Source: an uncultured Gammaproteobacteria bacterium
GTDB taxonomy: Bacteria > Pseudomonadota > Gammaproteobacteria > SZUA-229
Assembly (NCBI GenBank): GCA_963847575.1
Contig: CAWKAL010000027.1
Coordinates: forward strand, 1 to 61,145
Direction: 5' to 3'
Length of the DNA: 61,145 nucleotides
Position 1 is the first letter of the stretch, and every line of letters begins with the position of its first letter. This document shows positions 26,161 through 35,808 of this stretch, piece by piece. Under the pieces are notes generated by a model. It was not told the origin of the DNA and did no database searches. It saw nothing but the letters and a program-made list of their open reading frames with translations. Made by a program: the position numbers and the translations under genes.

Positions 26161-27861
26161 GTGATATTTAATAACAAACCATTCATTATCAGCTCCTTGC
26201 TCGCAGCAAGCTTTCTACTCGGCTGTGACCCTGGTGCACCGAGTGGATCCACTGAATTTACTGCGGGTGGATTCGCAAGGCCGATGTCGCAGCAAGAATA
26301 TAACCAGTTAGCGCCCGAGCAACAGTATCAGGTTGCTAACAAGCTATTGGCGACAATATATAGGGGTAAGACTGCAGGAGAATTTTTTGATTTCAGTAAT
26401 GGCACCAACGTACTTGTGCCTCGAGACACAAAGTTTTTAGATAACATGAAAGCCAGCATGAGAACAGATCTCAGCCAGGTTGAAATTGCTGTTTACGATA
26501 CTGAGATTGATGGCCTCGATAGCGAGGGCAATCCAGTGCAAGCGGATGCAAAGTATCGGTTTGACACCAATGGCGATGCAGAATCTAACCAGCGCCCAAG
26601 ACAGCTGCCACTCGCGCGAATCAAGGAATACCCGGTCAGTCGTACCCAGTTCGTACACTGGATGGCTTATTTCCTGGCTAATACCATCATGTTTTCGCCT
26701 GCCGAGGAAATGGAAAGCACCGACATGAATGATGTACAGAACATGTACCGCTTCCTGGTCAAGAGCCTCGAAGATGATCTCAGTGTCAGGCAGATTGTAC
26801 GTTCAAATTTACCCTCACTGGCGCGCTGGCGTGTATCGCGTTCCCCGGAAAACCATGCGCTCGAAGCCTACGAGTTATACCTGGGGCTGTTTGAAACCGA
26901 AGAAGATTCATTACGTGGTGGCATCGCCTGTAAAGATCTTTACCTGACCGACGAGGATGATGGCTACCTGATTCGCCGCACTGATTTCCCCAACTCGGTA
27001 CCGCAGTTAATCCTGGGTACAAATTATGTTACCACCTGTGATGATTTGTACGATGTCATCGCCGGCCATCCTTTGTTGATGCCACGTGTCACTGAAGTGA
27101 TTCTGAACTACCTGATGGCTGGGCGTTCACTCAATGACCGACTGGCGATGAACGCAGCCATCAATGCGAGCAACCCGGAGACGTTCGAGGATATTTTCAA
27201 GGCGATTATTTTCTCGAAAGAATACCTGGTCAACACCGAGCGCCCAAGATCATATGAAGAAAACCTGATGTCATTGCTCGATACGCTCAAGTGGAATCCA
27301 CGTGATAACAATGCGGGTGAACTGGACGAGGCCGTGTTTATTCGGATGACATCAAATAATATTAATGATCGTATCGCCTTGCCTGCCAAAGGTGCGGCGA
27401 ACATGTCCTATAAAATTGGACGTCTGCCCGATGTACCTATGGATGGCGTCAGTTTTGCCAGTTATCACAAGGGACTGCGTGAAGAGTTTCTGGTGAGAGC
27501 AGGTAATGCGCCGAATAGCGGTTATAACAACACGGCCTACCAGGGCGGCAACGGCACTGATGGTCTGTTCTATGACGCCGATGGTGATGTTCAGCCTGAT
27601 GTTGCCGATCTGTCGCCCGAAGAGTTCCTGGATTTTCTGTTCCTCAACGCGCTACAACGCAAACCGAGCAGTGATGAAATCACGGACCTGCTGGAGATTA
27701 TTCGCGACGAGAATGGTGACATGAATCAATCTGACAGCCATCTTCAAACCGTCGATGGTGTAGAAGTCATTCGCGCGGGTCGTTATGACAACATCGCTCG
27801 AATAACATTTGACTATATATCCAGGTTGTCAGAATTTTATTACTTTAAGGCAGTGAGCTGA
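26161..27861 (+). CDS. large lipoprotein of unknown function, genetic partner of the DUF1501 gene
   Basis: 566 aa. GTG start. SSLLAASFLLGC lipobox. Immediately precedes the Tat-signal DUF1501 gene. I did not see the DUF1800 motifs. Confidence 0.55.
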   Translation: MIFNNKPFIISSLLAASFLLGCDPGAPSGSTEFTAGGFARPMSQQEYNQLAPEQQYQVANKLLATIYRGKTAGEFFDFSNGTNVLVPRDTKFLDNMKASMRTDLSQVEIAVYDTEIDGLDSEGNPVQADAKYRFDTNGDAESNQRPRQLPLARIKEYPVSRTQFVHWMAYFLANTIMFSPAEEMESTDMNDVQNMYRFLVKSLEDDLSVRQIVRSNLPSLARWRVSRSPENHALEAYELYLGLFETEEDSLRGGIACKDLYLTDEDDGYLIRRTDFPNSVPQLILGTNYVTTCDDLYDVIAGHPLLMPRVTEVILNYLMAGRSLNDRLAMNAAINASNPETFEDIFKAIIFSKEYLVNTERPRSYEENLMSLLDTLKWNPRDNNAGELDEAVFIRMTSNNINDRIALPAKGAANMSYKIGRLPDVPMDGVSFASYHKGLREEFLVRAGNAPNSGYNNTAYQGGNGTDGLFYDADGDVQPDVADLSPEEFLDFLFLNALQRKPSSDEITDLLEIIRDENGDMNQSDSHLQTVDGVEVIRAGRYDNIARITFDYISRLSEFYYFKAVS

Positions 27862-27873
27862 GGAGAAGGAAAC

Positions 27874-29393
27874 ATGAATCGCAGAGATTTTCTCAAATAC
27901 GCAGGTATTAGTGGTGCATCAGTATTTGTGCCTTCTTCATTAAACCTGGTGTCGTTATACAAAAACGCTAGTGCGGCTGTCCAGTATGATCAGGCCAGCA
28001 TTATGACTCCACCGGCGGTGATGCCGCAGGTGATTAATATATTTCTCTATGGAGGCCCTTCAGAGCTCGCGGGCAACCTGACTAATATCGCTGACATTGA
28101 AAACAATTCGCAGAATTCATATGAAAATGTTTTCAATGGTATTACCCAGCCGACGTCGGGTGGTGGTCTGATTACGCCGAATGGTTTCTGGTCGGGTGCC
28201 GGGGGCGATGAAATGGAATTCATGCTCAACAGACAACTATATGAGCGCGTATCGTACCCTGCACAAGGTAAAGGACGGTACCCGTTCGCATCGTGAGAGT
28301 ATCCTGATGAGCATTAAAGGCTCGCTGGACATCGATACCAGCGCCGGTGTCGGCACTCGCATGGCGGCGCTTCTGATGACCCATGCTTCGAAGTATGAAG
28401 CCAGTACTTTGCTTGCAGATAATTCACCTATTGCCAGTGTGAACAACCTGGTGTTGCCCTTTGTTTCATTCGAAGGTGAGAGCCGCATTTTCGCGCAGGA
28501 TCCGGACACAACAATACCACTCGCCTTCCGTGGTACTACGCTGGATGATAATTTTGATAATCCGTTCACCCGTAACAGTAATAACAACGCTACACGGATG
28601 GACGCGCTGGTCGACAAGGCGATGGGCGCAGCCGAGCGCGCACGGTTCTCAGGCGCTGTCGATGCGTTCACCACGCGTGCACAGCTTGAAGGCCAGATTG
28701 GTTCTTTGAGAGATGCAAACGATGAAGGGCTTACACCGTTGCCTACGCTCGCAGGCGCTGATGCGACAGAAAATGGTGGTGGAACATTCTCATACCCCGA
28801 TAACGGCTTTGGCGATACTGTGAAAGCTGCAGTGACACTGGCGATACATAATCCCAGCAGCCTGTTTATCTCCGTGGGTGGTTCACTGGGTGGCTGGGAT
28901 GACCATAACAACGGTATTGATAGATATCCTGATCGTATGACCAACGTGATGCAGACCCTGAGAGCGGCGATGTGGCACATCAAATACATGAACGGCCAGA
29001 CGATTGCCAGTGGCAACACTCGAGCCACCACGGATAATATCGTTATCAACGTTTTTGGCGACTTTGGCCGCCGCGTCAATCTCAACAACTCGATGGGCTG
29101 GGACCACGGCAACAACCAGAACCTGTACACCTTTGGCGGTGCTGGCGTGACGATCTGCGGCGTTTGCTGCTAACAGGCAGCTTGGCAAGGTTGTTGGTAC
29201 GACTGCGTGGACGGGTAGTGCAGGGACGAATAACCAGTTCACCGAACCGGCACCGGGAAGTTACCAGTTTGAGCCCATGTCGATTGCAGCCAGCCTGTAC
29301 AGTTACATGGGTGTTGAAAATCCCGAAATACTGACCAGCGATGAGGAGCGAAATCCGACGGGTGACCCGGCGATAGACGAAACCGCGACTTGA
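27874..29393 (+). pseudogene. DUF1501 (sulfatase/alkaline-phosphatase-fold) protein with Tat signal, two frameshifts
   Basis: MNRRDFLKYAGISGASVFV twin-arginine signal. INIFLYGGPSELAG. GGWDDHNN. VFGDFGRRVNLNNSMGWDHGNNQNLYTFGGAG. Frame changes near 28235-28280 and 29150. Stop at 29391-29393. Confidence 0.7.
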
Positions 29394-29418
29394 TTGGTTG
29401 TTAATAGTAAAGCAAAAA

Positions 29419-29447
29419 GAGGCCCCGAAAGCTCGGGGCTTTTTTTT
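29419..29447 (+). terminator. rho-independent terminator
   Basis: GCCCCGA-AAGC-TCGGGGC followed by T8. Confidence 0.6.
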
Positions 29448-29530
29448 GCGTACAGATTATGGTTGATCGAGTCTGTAAGAGTTGCTGTGTGACAAACGGC
29501 AGCCTCGTGTATGCAGATTTTGCATGCAAA

Positions 29531-29831
29531 GTGAACCTCAATAACTCAAAGAGCTGGGGCCGGGGCAATTACCAGAACCTGTTTACACTGGCTGGTACGG
29601 GTCTGCCGTAAGCGGGTTCGGTGCTACCAGGCAGCCAGGTAACGTGTGCACCACACTCTACACAGGAGATTCGGATTCATATGTTCAGTACATTCAGCCG
29701 GTACCTCGCAGCAACGTAATTGAACAGTGTCGGTAGTATCAAGCCTGTAAATCATCGGGGGGCACTTCTGAGTTAATGACCTGGAATGATGTAATCCAGA
29801 GCGTGACCCTGCTGTAGACGAAAACGTATGA
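29531..29831 (+). pseudogene. degenerate 3' remnant of a second DUF1501 paralogue
   Basis: VNLNNSKSWGRGNYQNLFTLAGTGLP parallels RRVNLNNSMGWDHGNNQNLYTFGGAGV of the intact copy. The end ..RDPAVDENV* parallels ..GDPAIDETAT*. Several stops and frame changes lie between. Confidence 0.5.
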
Positions 29832-29850
29832 ACAGGTATTAATAGTCAGG

Positions 29851-29886
29851 CAAAAAAAGACCCCGTTAGCTCGGGGTCTTTTTTGT
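29851..29886. terminator. bidirectional terminator (near-copy of the 29419-29447 one)
   Basis: A7, then GACCCCG-TTAGCT-CGGGGTC, then T6. It lies 3' of both the remnant and the minus-strand DUF3570 gene. Confidence 0.55.
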
Positions 29887-29932
29887 GTGCGCAATACCAG
29901 GGACGGGTCCTGGTAGTCTGTGTCGGCTGAGG

Positions 29933-31159
29933 CTAGAATTTTTTCGAGTAACTCACCTGGAAGACCAGTGCCTTATTGGTATCGTATTCAGAGTTATCAA
30001 AACTCTGATGTATATATTCCAGGCGGGTGCGCAGTTTGCCATCACCTGCAAAATACTGGCCCAGTGTCATCCCTGCCGTCAGTGATATCATGTCATCCAG
30101 TCGATAGTCCGCACTTGCGAACTCAGGCAATGCTGCTGAGATTGGCGCAGGGTCTGTCGGATCCTTGAAAATAGAATTATTATAAAAGAAGGCTTTCGAT
30201 TGCGTGTAAGCCCTGAAGTGCGGAATCAGATGTGTTTTGTCACTCAGGTTGACGCGATAGAGCACATCAAATGTATGCGACTTTACTTCCCAGTCGTCGG
30301 TGTAGTAGCGATATGAAAAATTCAGTATGTGATTCTCTGGATACAGCTGGTGATTCAGGTTCAGCACAATGCTCGTGCGCGTGCGGCTGTTCGGGCGCGC
30401 TTCGTAATACTGGTCAAATTCGATACCATTCACATCCACGATGCTGAAAATTTTGTACGGGTCATTTAGATAGCCTTTGACCGTACCAGCTGCGAGATTG
30501 AGCTGTAAAACAGTGCGTTTATTGACTATGTGCGTCATTCCCGCGATCAATTCAACCGTATTCTTGGTGCCCTCACCATACGACAGACCATCGCTGACTT
30601 CGCTCAGCGGGACAGGTGTGGCCTTGGTACCAATGACGAATATCTGGTCAGTTGTGCCAGCAGCGCCCAGTGTGAACTCGTAGGCACGATTTTCGGTTGA
30701 TTTCGTGAATGTTGCACCCGCACTGAATGAACGATAATCATTTTCGACCGAGAACGCACCGTTATAGGTGACGTTGAGCAGACGATTGAATTCGTGATTC
30801 CAGTCCAGCGAGAGGCCGACGCGAGTATCATCAAACTTCGCAAGTGATGACACCTGGCCACCGGCGGCAATGCTGCCACCTGAAGCCCCTGTGAACGCCA
30901 GGTTGGTCTGTATTACGCTGCCTGAAGGTGTCGGTCCCGACATCGTGTCTAAAACCACTTTCAGGTCGGCCGTGTCTGCGTCAGAAACCACGCCTTTTAC
31001 ATCTGCAATTGCCTTGTAGACGGTAATGCGATCTGTTTCGCTGTAATACAACGCAGAGGAGTCTATCTCCCACGCATTGTCTATTTCAGTAGCAGCGCCG
31101 GCATGTTGGGAAAGCAGGCCACAGGTGGCCAGTGAAAGCTTGTTACGTATGTTTTTCAT
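29933..31159 (-). CDS. DUF3570-like outer-membrane beta-barrel protein
   Basis: Signal peptide (LSQHAGA). Alternating beta-strand pattern. Terminal aromatic residue (..VSYSKKF). Adjacent to a DUF4266-type gene, as is typical. Confidence 0.6.
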   Translation of the reverse strand: MKNIRNKLSLATCGLLSQHAGAATEIDNAWEIDSSALYYSETDRITVYKAIADVKGVVSDADTADLKVVLDTMSGPTPSGSVIQTNLAFTGASGGSIAAGGQVSSLAKFDDTRVGLSLDWNHEFNRLLNVTYNGAFSVENDYRSFSAGATFTKSTENRAYEFTLGAAGTTDQIFVIGTKATPVPLSEVSDGLSYGEGTKNTVELIAGMTHIVNKRTVLQLNLAAGTVKGYLNDPYKIFSIVDVNGIEFDQYYEARPNSRTRTSIVLNLNHQLYPENHILNFSYRYYTDDWEVKSHTFDVLYRVNLSDKTHLIPHFRAYTQSKAFFYNNSIFKDPTDPAPISAALPEFASADYRLDDMISLTAGMTLGQYFAGDGKLRTRLEYIHQSFDNSEYDTNKALVFQVSYSKKF

Positions 31160-31182
31160 AGGATATTGAGTTACAGCGAGGA

Positions 31183-31416
31183 TTAGTTACAGCCGCAGCC
31201 ACCGCCGCCGACTCCGTTGCCGCCAGTCGAGGCTTCTTTACTGAAGTAGATATGGTCATCAGAGTAGGCGTGCATTTTGTCTGGCGGGATTTGCATGCCA
31301 TCCTGGGCGAGAATATCGCGCTCCCAGGGTTTAACCGCTTCTCTCGCGGTAATTCCCTGCCACAGGCTGCAGCCAGAACAAAGTGAAATAATAAGTAGTA
31401 GAAGTATTTTATGCAT
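31183..31416 (-). CDS. DUF4266-type small lipoprotein
   Basis: 77 aa. LCSGC lipobox. Characteristic C-terminal GGNGVGGGGCGCN. Confidence 0.65.
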   Translation of the reverse strand: MHKILLLLIISLCSGCSLWQGITAREAVKPWERDILAQDGMQIPPDKMHAYSDDHIYFSKEASTGGNGVGGGGCGCN

Positions 31417-31473
31417 GACAGGAAGATAGCAGACAATCTTATGCCCGCAAGTATATTCCGTCAGTCCAGAAAA

Positions 31474-32091
31474 TTAATCTACACTCGCCCATAAGTACCA
31501 GCTGGCAATCGTACGGTAGGGTCGCCAGCCCTGTGCCAGGCGGTGATATTCGGCGGGTGTTGCGTTGTCTGCGATCGGGTAGTGCCGACTGAACGCCTTG
31601 CGCAGGGCCAGGTCACCCACGGGCAGGATGTCGAGCCGTGCGAGTGAAAACATCAGGTACATATCCGCAGTCCAGGGGCCGATGCCGGGCAGTGCGGTGA
31701 GGACTTCGGTGACACGTTCGCTGCTGTCAGCTGCAAGGCCATCCAGTTGTAATGTGCGCGTGTTTACCGCGTCGCAGAGGGCGCGCAGATAGCGAATTTT
31801 CTGCCTGGAGAGACCGCAGGCTGCGAGTTGCGCATCACTCAGTGCAGCAATTCGCCTGGCGGTAAATTCCTGCGCGCGATGCTGCTTCAGCAGTTTAATC
31901 TCGATGCTTTTCGCCGACGCCACTGACAGCTGCTGGTTGATAATCGCCCAGGCCAGCACGTGGAAGCCTGGTTTGTGGATCAGTGCGTTGCCATCAAATA
32001 ATGTGCACGGCCCATGCTGTTCGATGAGACCGGCGAGCACGCTGTCGGTTTTAATCAAATGTCGTTCGGCTTTTTTGACGAGTTGTTTCAT
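31474..32091 (-). CDS. DNA-3-methyladenine glycosylase II-like HhH-GPD protein
   Basis: Start at MKQLVKKAERHL (ATG at 32091). QQLSVASAKSI, LPGIGPWTADMYLMFSL, VGDLAL. Confidence 0.7.
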   Translation of the reverse strand: MKQLVKKAERHLIKTDSVLAGLIEQHGPCTLFDGNALIHKPGFHVLAWAIINQQLSVASAKSIEIKLLKQHRAQEFTARRIAALSDAQLAACGLSRQKIRYLRALCDAVNTRTLQLDGLAADSSERVTEVLTALPGIGPWTADMYLMFSLARLDILPVGDLALRKAFSRHYPIADNATPAEYHRLAQGWRPYRTIASWYLWASVD

Positions 32092-32186
32092 ATTCGCAGA
32101 GTATTGCCTTATTGGCCCTGTTCTGGCTTGTTCTGTGAGCGAAAACCGGTATGATTGCGCCTTATATTCCACCCGTAGTTCATTCC

Positions 32187-32936
32187 ATGGCACCAGTCTT
32201 ACTCGATCAACGACGACAATTACAAATAATTGCAGGTATGCTGCTTGCCCTGGTGATCGCCTATGGTGCTGGCTATTCTACCGGCGTCAACAAGGCTGAG
32301 GACAGCCGCGCGCTGGCTGCTGACCGCGTCGCGTTGACACTTCCGGAACCCATCGCTGCTGACAGTATCGATCCAGTGGTGCCTGAAGTCATAGCGCCCG
32401 GTGCAGAAATAGATGTCGACCTGCCCGATGATACGACGCAGGTATCAGCAGTCACACAGGCAGATCCCGTTCCGCCCCGGCCTGCGCCGACTAAGCCTGC
32501 GGCCGCGAAATCACCTGGACCGGCTGTGCAGGCTGCGGTTGCCAGTAATCAGCAGGCGCCTGAAATCGCAGCTGTTGTCGAGCCAGCCGTCGAAGCCGGT
32601 CTCGCTATCGGAGGCCCGGCGCCGGATCCGCAGGAAAACGAGGCACTGGCGTCACTTGCTGTGATTGACGATGCTACCGCAGAAGATGCGCTCTATAGTA
32701 TCCAGGTGGCTATCTACGGCAGTTTCAACAATGCCCAGCGCCATGTCGATGAACTCAGCGAACAAAATCTCAGCGCCAGGCTCGACGAATATCTGAACAA
32801 GGACAACCAGACCCGCTATAACGTGCGTTTCGGTTATTTTGCCAGCCGTGCCAGCGCGGTCGCGGCGCTCGAAGCCTGGCAATCAACCGCCCAACCGAAG
32901 TCAGGCAGCGGTTACGTGGTGCGCCTGTCGCGATAA
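32187..32936 (+). CDS. SPOR-domain membrane protein
   Basis: N-terminal TM helix, a Pro/Ala-rich linker, and a C-terminal SPOR fold (YSIQVAIYGSFNNAQRHVDEL...YNVRFGYFASRASA). Confidence 0.65.
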   Translation: MAPVLLDQRRQLQIIAGMLLALVIAYGAGYSTGVNKAEDSRALAADRVALTLPEPIAADSIDPVVPEVIAPGAEIDVDLPDDTTQVSAVTQADPVPPRPAPTKPAAAKSPGPAVQAAVASNQQAPEIAAVVEPAVEAGLAIGGPAPDPQENEALASLAVIDDATAEDALYSIQVAIYGSFNNAQRHVDELSEQNLSARLDEYLNKDNQTRYNVRFGYFASRASAVAALEAWQSTAQPKSGSGYVVRLSR

Positions 32937-32945
32937 AGTCTTCCG

Positions 32946-33638
32946 GTGGCTGTAAAACTGCTCTGTTTTGACCTGGACGACACCCTCTGGCCGTGCAGCG
33001 CAACAATCATGGCGGCGGAAAACAAGTTGTATCACTGGATGCAGCAGCATGTGCCGCAAATCACCGAGCAACACGATATCAACAGCCTGCGTGACTTGCG
33101 CATCGCGTTTATGCGCGAACATCCCGCTATCGCCCACGATCTCACGCACATGCGGCTGGCTTCGATGCGTTCGCTCGCTGATGAATTTGGACTGGCGCAC
33201 GACTGGGTCGAGCCGGCGTTTGAGCTGTATTACCAGGCACGCCAGCAGGTCACACTCTACGCCGACGTGGCGCCGACGCTGGATACGCTGCATCGACGCT
33301 TTCGACTGGCGGCCATTACCAATGGTAATGCCGATATTCATCTGACCGGGGTGGGGCACTGGTTCGAGTTTGCCGTCAGTGCTGCGGGCGTGGGTAAGGC
33401 GAAACCTCACCCGGCCATTTTCGAAGCGCTGCTCGACCAGGCCAGTGTGAACGCGGCCGAAACCGTTCTCATCGGCGATGACCCGCAGCGCGATATTTTC
33501 GGCGCCTGCCAGCTCGGCATGCGCACTGTCTGGGTCAATCGCGCGCAACAGGACTGGACGCATCCTCACTGCCAGCCCGATGCGCAAGTGACAAATTTTA
33601 ATGATCTGGCCGATATTCTTCGCCAGTTAGAGGCATGA
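32946..33638 (+). CDS. HAD-superfamily hydrolase
   Basis: LLCFDLDDTLW motif I. ITNGN. IGDDPQRDI motif IV. Confidence 0.75.
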   Translation: MAVKLLCFDLDDTLWPCSATIMAAENKLYHWMQQHVPQITEQHDINSLRDLRIAFMREHPAIAHDLTHMRLASMRSLADEFGLAHDWVEPAFELYYQARQQVTLYADVAPTLDTLHRRFRLAAITNGNADIHLTGVGHWFEFAVSAAGVGKAKPHPAIFEALLDQASVNAAETVLIGDDPQRDIFGACQLGMRTVWVNRAQQDWTHPHCQPDAQVTNFNDLADILRQLEA

Positions 33639-33698
33639 GCTCAAATTATATATAATGCGGTTATTAATCAGCCCCCATTCGTTGCGTGAGCACTTTAA

Positions 33699-34778
33699 AT
33701 GAAGTTTAAGACAGACGATGTAAGAATCTCCGGCCTGCAGGAAGTGGTACCTCCGGGTGAGCTCCATGCCGAGTTTCCGATGGATGAGCACGCCTCCGAG
33801 ACTGTCTATCACACACGCCACGCGATCCATAATATTCTACATGGCCAGGATGAACGGCTGGTCGTTGTCGTGGGTCCGTGTTCAATTCATGATCCAGCAG
33901 CTGCGCGTGAATACGCGGGCAAGCTCACGCCACTGATTGACGAACTCGATGATGAGCTCTGTATCGTGATGCGCGTATATTTCGAAAAACCGCGCACCAC
34001 GGTGGGCTGGAAAGGCCTGATTAACGATCCGGACATGGATGAAAGCTTTCACATCAACAAGGGATTGCAGCTGGCGCGCAGCCTGTTGCTCGACCTGGCG
34101 AAACAGGGCGTACCCGCGGGTACCGAATTTCTCGACCTGATCAGCCCGCAATACATCGCTGACCTGGTCAGCTGGGGCGCGATCGGTGCGCGCACCACCG
34201 AAAGCCAGGGCCATCGCGAACTCGCGTCCGGACTGTCCTGCCCGATCGGTTTCAAGAACAGCACCGATGGCGGTTTCAAAATTGCGATCGATGCAGTGCA
34301 TGCCGCATCGCGTCCGCATGTGTTCATGTCACTGACCAAGCAGGGGCATTCGGCGATTTTTTCGACCACAGGAAATGAAGATTGTCACATTATCCTGCGC
34401 GGTGGCGGCAACCAGCCGAACTATGATAGCGACAGTGTAAAACACGCCGCCGACCAGTTACAGAAAAACGGCCTGCGTCCGCAACTGATGGTGGATTGCT
34501 CACACGCCAACAGCAACAAGGATTACCGTCGCCAGGTGGATGTATGCCGCGATGTTGCCGCACAGCTCAGGCACGGTGAAAACCGCATTATCGGCGTGAT
34601 GATAGAAAGCCACCTGGTCGAAGGCCGCCAGGATGTGATGCCCGACCAGGCGCTCACCTACGGCCAGAGCGTCACCGACGCCTGCATTGCCTGGGAAACG
34701 ACTGAAGGCTTATTGCGCGAACTTGCGGATGCCGTGAAACAGCGACGTAAAATTAATTCACAGAAAGCGACTGCTTGA
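33699..34778 (+). CDS. class I 3-deoxy-7-phosphoheptulonate (DAHP) synthase
   Basis: 359 aa. RLVVVVGPCSIHD, KPRTTVGWKGLINDP, MVDCSHANS. Confidence 0.9.
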   Translation: MKFKTDDVRISGLQEVVPPGELHAEFPMDEHASETVYHTRHAIHNILHGQDERLVVVVGPCSIHDPAAAREYAGKLTPLIDELDDELCIVMRVYFEKPRTTVGWKGLINDPDMDESFHINKGLQLARSLLLDLAKQGVPAGTEFLDLISPQYIADLVSWGAIGARTTESQGHRELASGLSCPIGFKNSTDGGFKIAIDAVHAASRPHVFMSLTKQGHSAIFSTTGNEDCHIILRGGGNQPNYDSDSVKHAADQLQKNGLRPQLMVDCSHANSNKDYRRQVDVCRDVAAQLRHGENRIIGVMIESHLVEGRQDVMPDQALTYGQSVTDACIAWETTEGLLRELADAVKQRRKINSQKATA

Positions 34779-34965
34779 AAATAATTATTATCCACGGATG
34801 AACGCAGATGAACACGGATTAAAGCAAAAAAAGTATTGTTTTAGTTAAACACGCTGCGCGTGTAACAGTGTCTCTACATAACAATAAGCGCCATTCCCGT
34901 AAACATTCGACAACTTAATTTTTATCCGTGTTCATCTGCGTTCATCTGTGGACAATTATTATTTA
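34779..34965. repeat. MITE-like element: about 45-bp terminal inverted repeats around an approximately 97-bp core
   Basis: Left arm ..AATTATTATCCACGGATGAACGCAGATGAACACGGAT.. (34779-34823) is the near-perfect reverse complement of the right arm (34921-34965). It fills the gap between convergent genes. Confidence 0.55.
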
Positions 34966-35735
34966 TACCCAAACACACTCTTCAGTATATCGGTAGTTCT
35001 TTCCGCGGGATTTTCGCGAATGCTCTTTTCCTGCTGTGCAATCATGGTGAACAGGCCATCCATGGTTTTCTGCGTGACATAGCTGTCGACGTTGTAGTCT
35101 TCGAGGTTTAAATATTTTCCGGCAAAACCGAGTTTGCCATACATGTTTTTATACATGCTGGTGACGCCGGCTTTTGCCGTAGCATCCTGCACGATGGGTG
35201 AAATTTGTGCGTTGAGCTTGTCGCTGCCGACTTTTTTCAGATATTGTGTGGCAGCATCATCGGGGCCGTGCAGAATGTTTTTTGCATCATCGATGCTCAT
35301 ATTGGCAATGCCTTCCTTGACCACGTTCAGGGTTAAGGGCACGGCAGATTCCGCAGCACGGTTCATGGTGGTCACAAATTCATCAGCGTATTTATCCTGA
35401 CCTGCCTTGCGCAACAGCGATTCGACTTTTTCTAGTTTATCTGGCATCGGGATTTTGACATCATTGTTTTTCAGAAAACCGTCAGCCTTGCCGAGATTAT
35501 TCACTGCATAGCCCGCGCCCTTGTTGAGGGCTTCTTTCAGTCCGGCGACGATGTCTTCATTGCTGAGTGCATTTTTGACAGTATCGCCGGCGCTGCTGTT
35601 TTTGACCGTGTCTTTAATTTCTTCAACCTTATCCTTGATTTCATCCGAGCCGCCGAACATGTCGGAAAACCAGCCCGCGTTGGCAGATGTCGTATAGGCA
35701 ACAAGTGCGAATGCTGCTATGGTTTTGATGTTCAT
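34959..35735 (-). CDS. DUF4197-family secreted protein
   Basis: Start at MNIKTIAAFALVAYTTSANA (GGAGAAAG RBS). IVAGLKEALNKG, MNRAAESAVP, DGLFTMIAQQEKSIRENP. Confidence 0.65.
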   Translation of the reverse strand: MNIKTIAAFALVAYTTSANAGWFSDMFGGSDEIKDKVEEIKDTVKNSSAGDTVKNALSNEDIVAGLKEALNKGAGYAVNNLGKADGFLKNNDVKIPMPDKLEKVESLLRKAGQDKYADEFVTTMNRAAESAVPLTLNVVKEGIANMSIDDAKNILHGPDDAATQYLKKVGSDKLNAQISPIVQDATAKAGVTSMYKNMYGKLGFAGKYLNLEDYNVDSYVTQKTMDGLFTMIAQQEKSIRENPAERTTDILKSVFGYK

Positions 35736-35808
35736 TCTTTCTCCTGGTGTTATTAAAATCATTATGATCAGTTTGGATAGCGAGCCGATGCGCTGACGTT
35801 TCGATTTA

